NCBI RefSeq assembly: GCF_000011805.1
Contig: NC_006840.2
Length of the DNA: 32,000 bases
Origin: Aliivibrio fischeri ES114
GTDB taxonomy: Bacteria > Pseudomonadota > Gammaproteobacteria > Enterobacterales > Vibrionaceae
Strand: one strand, 5' to 3'
Below are positions 12,729-21,067 of this stretch, one piece after another. Position numbers and translations under genes: made by a program. Each line of letters opens with the position of its first letter. Position 1 is the stretch's first letter. The notes under the pieces are model-generated. The model was given only the letters and a program-made list of their open reading frames with translations. It had not been told where the DNA came from and did no database searches.

Positions 12729-14065
12729 AGTATAAAGAAGTATTAGCAGCTCGAATTAATTCACTATCGAAAAGGCATAAGCTTGTTTTAATGTCTTTGT
12801 CTCTTTTTACGGTAGTTGTTTTTATTTGGGAACCGACACATAGCATTAGTCAAAGTCTTTCGGAACCATCTCGAAGCACTGTGACATTGTCGAGTGAGAA
12901 TCTACAAACATTAGCAGATCAGAATAGTGAACCTGTAGAAACGATTTTTGATCCTAATGATCCAGAATTTAATGCCCCTAAAGATGAATTAGATAAGCAC
13001 ATTAATGCTGAAGATATCGTTCATTCACATACCGTTGATGCGGGTGAAACGTTAGGCGCTATTTTTAATCAATACGCATTATCTATTTCAGATATGTATG
13101 CACTTCTTGATGTAAATAAATCAGCGGCGAATATGCGAGTTGGTGTTGATCTTGAGTGGCAGCAAGATGAAGATGGGAAATTAACCGAGTTAAAAATCCA
13201 TCGAAACATTAAAGATACGGATGTGTATGCTTGGAATGGTGAAAAATATACTTTCACTCAGATTGAAGAGAAGGGTGAGATAAAACCCGTATTCCTTTCA
13301 GGTAGAGTAACAAGTAATTTTTATAATTCAGCACGTTCAGCTGGGTTAACGCCTGGTCAAATTCAAACACTTGCAAAACAGCTCCAATGGAAATTTGATT
13401 TTGGTAAAGAAGCTCGCAAAGGCGACCGATTTGCCGTTGAAATTGATAAAGAGTTTATCGATGGGAAAGCCGTTTCATCTGGTGATGTAAAAGCCGTGCT
13501 ATACAAAAATGCAGGTCGTGATATCACACTAATTAAACACACTGACGGACATTATTATGATGTTCAAGGTCGTAGTTTAAATCGAGCATTAGAGCGTTTT
13601 CCTACTCATCAACGCTACAGAATTAGTTCACCGTTTAACCCATATCGTAAGCATCCAATAACGGGAAGAATTTCGCCTCATAATGGTACTGATTTTGCCA
13701 CTCCAGTAGGAACATCTGTTTATGCAACGGGCGATGGTGTTGTAGTTCGAGCATTGCATCACCCACTTGCAGGTAACTACATCATTATTAAACATGGGCG
13801 TGAATACATGACTCGCTATCTTCATTTAAGTAAGATCTTAGTGAAGAAAGGACAAAAAGTATCAATGGGAGACAAGATAGCGCTAAGTGGTAATACAGGC
13901 CGTTCAACAGGACCTCACTTGCACTATGAACTAATTAAAAATGGTCGAGCAGTTAATGCCATGAAGGTACCTTTACCTCAGGCATCTCCAGTAAAAAGTG
14001 ATGAGCGAGCTCGTTTTAAACAACAAGCTAAGCTAACGATTGAAGCACTGCAAGAGCAGGTCTAA
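12725..14065 (+). CDS. mepM: M23 murein DD-endopeptidase (MepM/YebA-like)
   Basis: LysM-like/OapA-like N-terminal region with TM; M23 motif HNGTDFATPVGTSVYATGDGVV and TGRSTGPHLHYEL. The tracked start at 12713 is a TTG; ATG at 12725 gives ATGA coupling with the znuA stop. Confidence 0.9.
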   Translation: MKYKEVLAARINSLSKRHKLVLMSLSLFTVVVFIWEPTHSISQSLSEPSRSTVTLSSENLQTLADQNSEPVETIFDPNDPEFNAPKDELDKHINAEDIVHSHTVDAGETLGAIFNQYALSISDMYALLDVNKSAANMRVGVDLEWQQDEDGKLTELKIHRNIKDTDVYAWNGEKYTFTQIEEKGEIKPVFLSGRVTSNFYNSARSAGLTPGQIQTLAKQLQWKFDFGKEARKGDRFAVEIDKEFIDGKAVSSGDVKAVLYKNAGRDITLIKHTDGHYYDVQGRSLNRALERFPTHQRYRISSPFNPYRKHPITGRISPHNGTDFATPVGTSVYATGDGVVVRALHHPLAGNYIIIKHGREYMTRYLHLSKILVKKGQKVSMGDKIALSGNTGRSTGPHLHYELIKNGRAVNAMKVPLPQASPVKSDERARFKQQAKLTIEALQEQV

Positions 14066-14091
14066 CTGTTTAGATAAACATAATTATATAA

Positions 14092-14127
14092 AGCCCTGCA
14101 TATATTAATATGACAGGGCTTTTTTAT
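14092..14127 (+). terminator. Rho-independent terminator after mepM
   Basis: AAGCCCTG...CAGGGCTT stem followed by T run. Confidence 0.85.
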
Positions 14128-14213
14128 ATCCTTTATCTATGCATTGATTGCTATATAGACGGAGTTTTTCTATGATGTTGATACCCATTCTCTTTTCATT
14201 CTAAGGCGAGTAG

Positions 14214-17200
14214 ATGCTTTTCTTCAGAATACTTATTTTAAGTATTTTTCTCTTTTTCTCTACTTTCACTTTATCACAATCTGAAAGCTCAATTTTTTAC
14301 CCAATGCCAATTCATACTGACGGCCAATATATTACCGCTCAGCAACTGTTTATGAGAGAAGATGGTGCGGTATGGATGTATGACATCTATGGTCAACTTC
14401 ATCTATTTGATGGTGAAAATATTTTTACTATAGGTGAAAAGAGCGATAGAACCTTGCCAAGGAAAATAGCGTATTTTAATGGAGAGTTTTGGTTTATTAA
14501 AAAAGGAAGTATTCACGCGTGGTCTAAAAAAACAGGAATGAATGAAATTTATAAGATGCCAAAAGGAACTAGCATCATAGAAATGAATCAGCAGAATGGA
14601 ATGTTCTGGGGCAATGATACCGATAGTTTTTTTGTTTATGACCCAAAGAAAAAGCGTTATTACTCATCTAATATCAATGAAGTAAATACCAGTGCAATTT
14701 TAGATGAAATCACGATAACTGGTGCTATATATGTTGATAATCGTTGGTTAGTTTCTACATCTGAGGGGGTTTTTGAGTTTGATATAGCTACAGAAAGCTA
14801 TACACCCCTTTATCTTGGACAATATATAGATGCCATTTTTTACTCTAAATATACTGATAAGATATTTTTAGGGACCCATGGCAGTATTTGGTCTTCAGAG
14901 CTTCATGATCATGAACTAATCATTAATAAAAAAATATTAATAAATTCGTCATTACTTTCATTTGCAGAAACAGAAAGTTACTTTTGGTTTGGGACGAGTG
15001 ATGGGCTATATAAATGGAATATTTTAAATAACAAAATAGACCATTTTACTGCGGTTGTTCGTGATGACTACTCTTTAGAAGGTAATAAGGTTTATTCTGT
15101 TATTGCTGATCATAATAATGGCCTTTGGGTTGCCACTGATAATGGTGTGAGCTATTACTCGGACAGCAATCGATTATTTTCGCGTTTACGCTATAAAGAC
15201 GTAAACGGATTACTGAATATCAGTGAAATTAATGCGATTACTCAAACATCAGAGAATGATGCGTGGTTAGGTACATCGTCAGGTTTATTATTGATAAACA
15301 CGGATAACTTATATCAACCAATCGTTACCATAAGTAAGCATTCGATCAATGATCTTACTCATGGTGATCAGTTTGTATGGGCTGCAACGGATAAAGGAAT
15401 ATTGCAAGTCGATCCACAGTTAAAAAATACCTATATACCTAAAGGCCTTAAATCCGTAGAAGATGAAAGTATCGAGCATTTACTATTAAGTGATGATGAT
15501 ATGTTATGGTTTTCCAGTTCTTATGGTTTGTATAAGTACGACATTCATCAAGATAAATTAGTAAATCTAGGGTTCTCTTGGGCCTTGGATCAGAAGCATT
15601 CAATACAAATAACGCACATCTATCAAAATAAGAACAGTCAAATATCCATAGGGACAAATGTCGGTTTATATCGATATGAAAATGGAGCGTTAACCTTTGA
15701 TTATGCCTATGTTCATGCAGGCAGTATTTTAGATATGGTAGATACTGAATATGGAAATTCATGGATTGTCAGTAACTATGGGTTGCAGATCAGTAATAGT
15801 AACGGGATAAGAACGGATATATCATTACCAACAGAATACACCACACCACATTGTGTATTATCCAGTGATAACGGTGTTTGGCTATCATCAAGTAAAGGGC
15901 TCTCTTTATATACCCATCGTGGACGAATCGTAAAGCATTTTGGAACTCAAAGCGGACTTATCAATAATGAATTACTTCCTGATCTTTGTTCAATATCTCC
16001 AAATGGCGTAATGCTATTTGCAAGTAAAGATGGGGTTATCGTTGCTCATGAGCAGGAGTTAATTGAATACCATCGTCCAAAACCTCACGTAGTATTAGGT
16101 CAAATTAAAATTGATTCTGAAATTGTGAATTATGGAGGAGAGAAAAAGTTAACTAAGCAAGTTCCTTATGGGGCGAATATATCGTTTTTGTTTGGTGTGC
16201 TTCCTGAGTTCAATAACAAGTCGCTTTCTTTTCAATTGTTGGGCTCTAATGATGAAGCATGGCAAGATTTTGATGGTAGCTTATTAATCTTTGATTCGTT
16301 GCAATCAGGTAAGTATGAATTACGTATAAAACCACGAAATAACGGCCAGCGAAGAAGTCTTGTGACTGAGGTTGAGTTTTATGTTGAAGTTCCGTGGTTT
16401 TTTGCTCCTTGGTTTATCTTCTTTTTATTTAGTTTAGTGAGTGCAATCTTAATGGGCATTTACTATTGGCGATCTAAAGAAATTAAGAAAAGTAATGAGA
16501 AGCTGAAAAAAAGTGTTGAAATCAAAACGAAGCAATTAAGTAATCAAGGTAAAGCGTTAATCTCAAGCAATCGACAATTGCAAAAGCTTCTTACTGTTCG
16601 TCAGCATGTTATTTCTGAAATGGCAGAACAAGCTAGACAGCCAATAAAAGACATTCAAGCAAATCTACAAAAGAAAGGGTTACTTACCAACCTTGCTTTG
16701 GCGAATCAATGTGAACACAGTTTGCAATTATTAGAGCAACTGACTCATATTGAACCTTTTGTTACGTTGCAAAAGAATAAGAGAACCAATCAAATTTTAG
16801 CTCCTTTACTTAGTGCGGCATTAAAAAGCTGGAAAGATGAATACCATACAAAAGGGGTTGATCTTATTCTTGAAGACAATTCACAAGGCGTTTCTATCTT
16901 TGTTCAACCGCTCTTGATCGATGCCATTTTTAATAATGTATTATTTAGCTTATTAAAACGAAGTCAATCAGGTGAGGTGGTAACGATACGTATTCAGTGT
17001 GATGGCACACGAGTGGCTGCTTACTTTTTGAGTGAAGGTGCTGAGATATCAGTAACTGAGCTAGATGAACTAGGAAGAGTGGATTTATCACAAACAATTG
17101 AAGTGATTAATCAAGCATTAGGCCTTCCAGCAGTTAAATTACTCACGGTTCAAAATGGTGGGCATTTTGAAATAGTTAAGAACATGTCTGGCTCTAATGA

Positions 17201-17621
17201 GTTGCAATTTTCGTGGCCAATTGCTATCGATGAATTTATTACGCCCCAAGTACCAGAGGTTCATTCTAAAGATAAAGACAGTGATGAGCAGAAACAACAC
17301 CAAGAATGGTTATTAAAAGTCTACCAACTTATTGAGGATAATTACTCTCTGGCGTCTTTTGGTACGAGTGCGGCGGCAAAAGCACTGTTTATATCCGAAC
17401 GAAATCTGCAACGGAAATTTAAGCAATTAACTCAGCGTTCTTTTATGGAATATTTAATTGATACACGATTAGAAAAAGCGTGTGAATTACTTATCTCTGG
17501 TCAGAAAGTTGCAGATGCTGCTTTTGAATCAGGTTTTAATGACCCTTCTTATTTTAGTAAGCGCTTTAAGCGTCACTATGGTTTGTCTCCAACACAGTTT
17601 GTGACTGAGAATGAAGAATAG
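14214..17621 (+). CDS. Large membrane-bound regulator: periplasmic Reg_prop beta-propeller + Y_Y_Y domain + TM + kinase-like module + C-terminal AraC-type HTH
   Basis: 1135 aa; signal peptide; propeller repeats (WLGTSSGLLLINTD, GLWVATDNGVSYYSD, WFSSSYGLYKYD); Y_Y_Y region ending in YELRIKPRNNG; TM FFAPWFIFFLFSLVSAILMGIYYW; AraC HTH (AAAKALFISERNLQRKFKQLTQRSFMEYLIDTRLEKACELL...VADAAFESGFNDPSYFSKRFKRHYGLSPTQF). No receiver domain identified. Confidence 0.9.
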   Translation: MLFFRILILSIFLFFSTFTLSQSESSIFYPMPIHTDGQYITAQQLFMREDGAVWMYDIYGQLHLFDGENIFTIGEKSDRTLPRKIAYFNGEFWFIKKGSIHAWSKKTGMNEIYKMPKGTSIIEMNQQNGMFWGNDTDSFFVYDPKKKRYYSSNINEVNTSAILDEITITGAIYVDNRWLVSTSEGVFEFDIATESYTPLYLGQYIDAIFYSKYTDKIFLGTHGSIWSSELHDHELIINKKILINSSLLSFAETESYFWFGTSDGLYKWNILNNKIDHFTAVVRDDYSLEGNKVYSVIADHNNGLWVATDNGVSYYSDSNRLFSRLRYKDVNGLLNISEINAITQTSENDAWLGTSSGLLLINTDNLYQPIVTISKHSINDLTHGDQFVWAATDKGILQVDPQLKNTYIPKGLKSVEDESIEHLLLSDDDMLWFSSSYGLYKYDIHQDKLVNLGFSWALDQKHSIQITHIYQNKNSQISIGTNVGLYRYENGALTFDYAYVHAGSILDMVDTEYGNSWIVSNYGLQISNSNGIRTDISLPTEYTTPHCVLSSDNGVWLSSSKGLSLYTHRGRIVKHFGTQSGLINNELLPDLCSISPNGVMLFASKDGVIVAHEQELIEYHRPKPHVVLGQIKIDSEIVNYGGEKKLTKQVPYGANISFLFGVLPEFNNKSLSFQLLGSNDEAWQDFDGSLLIFDSLQSGKYELRIKPRNNGQRRSLVTEVEFYVEVPWFFAPWFIFFLFSLVSAILMGIYYWRSKEIKKSNEKLKKSVEIKTKQLSNQGKALISSNRQLQKLLTVRQHVISEMAEQARQPIKDIQANLQKKGLLTNLALANQCEHSLQLLEQLTHIEPFVTLQKNKRTNQILAPLLSAALKSWKDEYHTKGVDLILEDNSQGVSIFVQPLLIDAIFNNVLFSLLKRSQSGEVVTIRIQCDGTRVAAYFLSEGAEISVTELDELGRVDLSQTIEVINQALGLPAVKLLTVQNGGHFEIVKNMSGSNELQFSWPIAIDEFITPQVPEVHSKDKDSDEQKQHQEWLLKVYQLIEDNYSLASFGTSAAAKALFISERNLQRKFKQLTQRSFMEYLIDTRLEKACELLISGQKVADAAFESGFNDPSYFSKRFKRHYGLSPTQFVTENEE

Positions 17622-17768
17622 TAAGCAACTGAAACTATGTTCTTTAAAAGAAAATAAGCGATGTATACGATGAAACTTGGTCGACAAATATAAGTAACGT
17701 GTTGAATGTTTGGGGTTCAATATGAGTTATTTAATCGGATGGGTATTTTCATAAAGAAAAAAAAGATC

Positions 17769-17884
17769 GTGACGTAGCCGGGGGGACTACGCCACGGGCG
17801 CCAAAGACGCCTTCGCTTGCTGCCGAAGTAACAAGATACTTCTTGTTACTTCTATTAGAATAAAAGTTGAGAGGTCTCCCTCTC
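17769..17884. repeat. Intergenic cluster of consecutive hairpins (structured RNA or mobile repeat candidate)
   Basis: GTGACGTAG/CTACGCCAC (17769-17777/17787-17795, one mismatch); GGCG/CGCC (17797-17800/17808-17811); GAAGTAACAAG-ATACTT-CTTGTTACTTC (17825-17852, perfect 11 bp); GAGAGG-TCTC-CCTCTC (17869-17884, perfect 6 bp). Confidence 0.65.
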
Positions 17885-17947
17885 GATGTAATTAACTATA
17901 ACTGCCTCTTCTTTTTTTACATATCAAAATAACGACAATCTATTGGT

Positions 17948-18022
17948 ACAAAAACGACATTCATATAATTTTATACTTATCCATTTGTTTTTAAATGATA
18001 TTTTTTTGTTTGTCGTTTTTGT
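17948..18022. repeat. 12-bp perfect inverted repeat, arms separated by 51 nt
   Basis: ACAAAAACGACA at 17948-17959 and reverse complement TGTCGTTTTTGT at 18011-18022. Confidence 0.55.
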
Positions 18023-18163
18023 TATGTTTTTAATTATTTTAACGTTATTTATTTATGGCATTAAATTGACGTAATTGACGTGGTTTTGGAAGCAATGTCA
18101 TATATCTTATTTTACGATTAACAAAAGGGTATTTGATGTTTTTTGTCAATTTACTGAAAAAAA

Positions 18164-18177
18164 TTGATTTAGCGCAA
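18164..18177 (+). promoter_or_regulatory. Possible FNR-type site upstream of feoA
   Basis: TTGAT-TTAG-CGCAA, an imperfect match to TTGAT-N4-ATCAA; FNR control of feo is known in enterobacteria. Confidence 0.35.
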
Positions 18178-18210
18178 GAAAAAAGTAACTGTTAGTTATA
18201 AAATGAAACG

Positions 18211-18233
18211 AAATAATAATGATTCTCACTATC
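18211..18233. promoter_or_regulatory. Candidate Fur box immediately upstream of feoA
   Basis: AAATAATAATGATTCTCACTATC resembles GATAATGATAATCATTATC-type Fur operators and sits directly before the feoA RBS. Confidence 0.7.
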
Positions 18234-18245
18234 GTGGAGCTTGAG

Positions 18246-18473
18246 ATGAACCTAGCGCAATTAGAGAGCGGCAAAAAAGCTGTAGTAACAGACATGTCTT
18301 TGTTACCAACCGACACAAGAAAGAAGTTAATGGTAATGGGTATGTTGCCTCATACTGAAATTGCGATTTTACGAAAAGCTCCAATGGGTGACCCATTACA
18401 GATTAGCGTGAGAGGCACTTCTCTTGCTATCCGAAAGAATTTAGCTGAACAAATTACAGTTAAGGAATTATAA
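18246..18473 (+). CDS. feoA: Ferrous iron transport protein A
   Basis: SH3-like small protein, GMLPHTEIAILRKAPMGDPLQISVRGTSLAIRK; start moved from 18219 to the ATG at 18246, which has an upstream GGAG. Confidence 0.93.
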   Translation: MNLAQLESGKKAVVTDMSLLPTDTRKKLMVMGMLPHTEIAILRKAPMGDPLQISVRGTSLAIRKNLAEQITVKEL

Positions 18474-18474
18474 A

Positions 18475-20751
18475 ATGCAGTATCAAGTATTAACTGTAGG
18501 TAACCCAAATAGCGGTAAAACAACGCTGTTTAATGGATTAACTGGTGCAAAGCAACAGGTAGGTAACTGGGCGGGTGTTACGGTTGAAAAGAAAACCGGT
18601 AAATATACGTGTTCTGGTGATGAGTTTTTACTCACTGACTTACCAGGTATCTATGCATTAGACAGTGGTAATGACGTAAACAGTTTGGATGAAACTATCG
18701 CATCACGAGCCGTGTTAACTCATGCTGCGGATGTGATTATTAATGTTGTTGATGCTTCTTGTTTAGAACGCAGCTTATACATGACATTACAACTTCGTGA
18801 GTTGGGGCGCCCAATGATCGTTGTTTTAAATAAAATGGATGTGCTTAAGCGTCAACGTCAAATTTTAGATGTAAAAGGGTTAGAAAAAGTTCTGGGTTGC
18901 CCTGTATTGTCCTTATCGGCAAATGATAAAAGCCAAGTTCATAAATTCAAAGAGAAGTTACATAAGTCAATTGCACAAGGCATTAAAATGATGCCACTTG
19001 AGCTTACTTATGGTGATGATGTTGAAGCTGCAATTAAAGAAGCATCGGCATTATTCTCGAGTGAATATGCATCTAGTCGCTCACTGGCAATTCGTGCTTT
19101 AGAAAACGATGCTTTAGTACTTAATACACTAGAAGCCGATAAGCGAAATCAAGTAGCTAATATTACTAATGTACTCAATACAAATGTTGAAGCTGACTTT
19201 CATATTGCTGATTGTCGTTACACTTTCCTACATCAATTATGTCAGCAATTACGTCGTCAAGAAGGCCGATTAAGCCACAGTGTCAGTGAGAAAATTGACC
19301 AAGTTATTCTAAATAAGTGGGTTGGTGTTCCTTTCTTCTTTTTCGTCATGTACTTAATGTTCATGTTCTCTATCAACATTGGTAGTGCATTTATTGATTT
19401 CTTCGATATCGGTGTTGGTGCACTTCTTGTTGATGGCGGTCATTATTTATTAGATGGTCATCTACCTGTTTGGTTAGTGACATTAATTGCTGATGGTGTC
19501 GGTGGTGGTATTCAAACCGTAGCGACCTTCATTCCTGTTATCGCTTGCCTATATTTGTTCCTTTCTTTATTAGAAAGTTCTGGTTATATGGCTCGTGCTG
19601 CATTTGTACTTGATAAAGTGATGCAAAAGATTGGATTACCAGGTAAAGCGTTTGTACCACTTGTACTTGGTTTTGGTTGTAACGTTCCAGCTATCATGGC
19701 TACTCGTACTCTAGAACAAGAGCGTGAGCGTAAATTGGCAGCGTCAATGGCTCCATTTATGTCATGTGGTGCTCGTTTACCTGTATATGCATTGTTTGCT
19801 GCTGCTTTCTTTCCTGAAAATGGCCAAAACGTTGTATTTGGTTTGTACTTTTTCGGTATTTTAGCTGCAGTATTTACTGGTTTGTTACTGAAACATACGA
19901 TTTATCCAGGACGTAGTGATTCGTTCATCATGGAAATTCCAGATTACGAATTCCCAACGATGCGTAACATCATGATCAAAACATGGCAGAAACTAAAACG
20001 TTTTGTACTTGGTGCGGGTAAAACCATCGTTGTTGTTGTAACAATATTAAGCTTCTTCAATTCACTAGGTATGGATGGCACGTTTGGTAACGAAGACAGT
20101 GAAAACTCTGTACTTTCAAAAGCAGCTCAAGTGGTTACTCCTGTGCTTGCACCAATTGGTATTCAAGAAGATAACTGGCCAGCAACAGTAGGTATTATCA
20201 CAGGTATCTTTGCTAAAGAAGCCGTTGTTGGTACGTTAAATAGCTTATATGCCGATCCTGCGGGCGATGATGCTGAGTTTGATTTAATGGCTAGCTTAAA
20301 TGAAGCCGTAATGTCTATTCCAGATAACTTATCAGGGTTAAGCTACTCAGATCCACTAGGTGTTGAAGTGGGTGACTTAACAGATATTGAAGCGGTAGCA
20401 GAAGAGCAAGGCGTTGAGAATTCAATTTTTGGTAATCTACAAGCTCACTTTGTAACAAGTGCAAGCGCAATGGCTTACTTAATCTTCATCCTGCTTTACA
20501 CTCCATGTGTTGCGGCGATGGGGGCATACATGCGTGAATTTGGTCGTAAATACTCGTACTTTATTGCTGGATGGACAATGCTACTTGCTTATGTTTCAGC
20601 AACACTGTACTACCAAATTGCTCACTTCTCAGCAGCACCGATGACAAGTGCTATGTGGATAGCTATTTCACTTATTATTATGTTAGTGACTTACCTAGTA
20701 CTAAAACGTAAAGGTCAAGAAGCTCAAGAACAGCAGGCAGCATTAGTATGA
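18475..20751 (+). CDS. feoB: Ferrous iron transporter B
   Basis: GTPase GNPNSGKTTLFN and DLPGIYAL; transmembrane core with LVLGFGCNVPAIMATRTLEQERER and MAPFMSCGARLPVYALFAAAFF. Confidence 0.98.
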   Translation: MQYQVLTVGNPNSGKTTLFNGLTGAKQQVGNWAGVTVEKKTGKYTCSGDEFLLTDLPGIYALDSGNDVNSLDETIASRAVLTHAADVIINVVDASCLERSLYMTLQLRELGRPMIVVLNKMDVLKRQRQILDVKGLEKVLGCPVLSLSANDKSQVHKFKEKLHKSIAQGIKMMPLELTYGDDVEAAIKEASALFSSEYASSRSLAIRALENDALVLNTLEADKRNQVANITNVLNTNVEADFHIADCRYTFLHQLCQQLRRQEGRLSHSVSEKIDQVILNKWVGVPFFFFVMYLMFMFSINIGSAFIDFFDIGVGALLVDGGHYLLDGHLPVWLVTLIADGVGGGIQTVATFIPVIACLYLFLSLLESSGYMARAAFVLDKVMQKIGLPGKAFVPLVLGFGCNVPAIMATRTLEQERERKLAASMAPFMSCGARLPVYALFAAAFFPENGQNVVFGLYFFGILAAVFTGLLLKHTIYPGRSDSFIMEIPDYEFPTMRNIMIKTWQKLKRFVLGAGKTIVVVVTILSFFNSLGMDGTFGNEDSENSVLSKAAQVVTPVLAPIGIQEDNWPATVGIITGIFAKEAVVGTLNSLYADPAGDDAEFDLMASLNEAVMSIPDNLSGLSYSDPLGVEVGDLTDIEAVAEEQGVENSIFGNLQAHFVTSASAMAYLIFILLYTPCVAAMGAYMREFGRKYSYFIAGWTMLLAYVSATLYYQIAHFSAAPMTSAMWIAISLIIMLVTYLVLKRKGQEAQEQQAALV

Positions 20752-20990
20752 TTTTAACCGAACTTAAGCAGTATATTGACGAACAAGGCCGTGTAGAGCG
20801 TATTGCATTAGCAAAGAAATTCAGCATGAGTGAAGATGGTGTTGATGCAATGCTTGAGCTTTGGGTAAAAAAAGGAAAGTTAACTCGTGAACTCGCTGGA
20901 TGTGAGAAAACACAATGTTGCCAAGAGGCAGAACGTGTGTGGTATCGCCCAGTGTATCAAAATGAGTTAATGACTACTTACATACGATAG
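20748..20990 (+). CDS. feoC: FeoC-like winged-helix protein
   Basis: 80 aa, MILTELKQYIDEQGRVERIALAKKFSMSEDGVDAMLELWVKKGKL; 4-nt overlap with feoB. Confidence 0.88.
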   Translation: MILTELKQYIDEQGRVERIALAKKFSMSEDGVDAMLELWVKKGKLTRELAGCEKTQCCQEAERVWYRPVYQNELMTTYIR

Positions 20991-21019
20991 TCGCTTAACT
21001 TAGAGTAAAGTGATAAATA

Positions 21020-21050
21020 AAAACGAGAGCCAATTGGTTCTCGTTTTTTT
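21020..21050 (+). terminator. Rho-independent terminator after feoC
   Basis: AAAACGAGAGCCAATTGGTTCTCGTTTTTTT, a nearly complete palindrome with T tract. Confidence 0.85.
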
Positions 21051-21067
21051 ATGGGGGAAAGAGGTGA

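Noticed and set aside
15448-15762. 104-aa ORF antisense to the large regulator
   Set aside because: No domain or RBS support; lies within a continuous 1135-aa frame.
14214-17621. Possibility that the 1135-aa ORF is an assembly-caused fusion or a pseudogene
   Set aside because: The frame is uninterrupted and the domain order (signal peptide, propeller, Y_Y_Y, TM, HTH) is coherent with a known architectural class.
17769-17884. Insertion sequence or integron attC site
   Set aside because: No transposase or integrase ORF, no clear target duplication and no attC-like core pair seen; left as a structured-repeat candidate.
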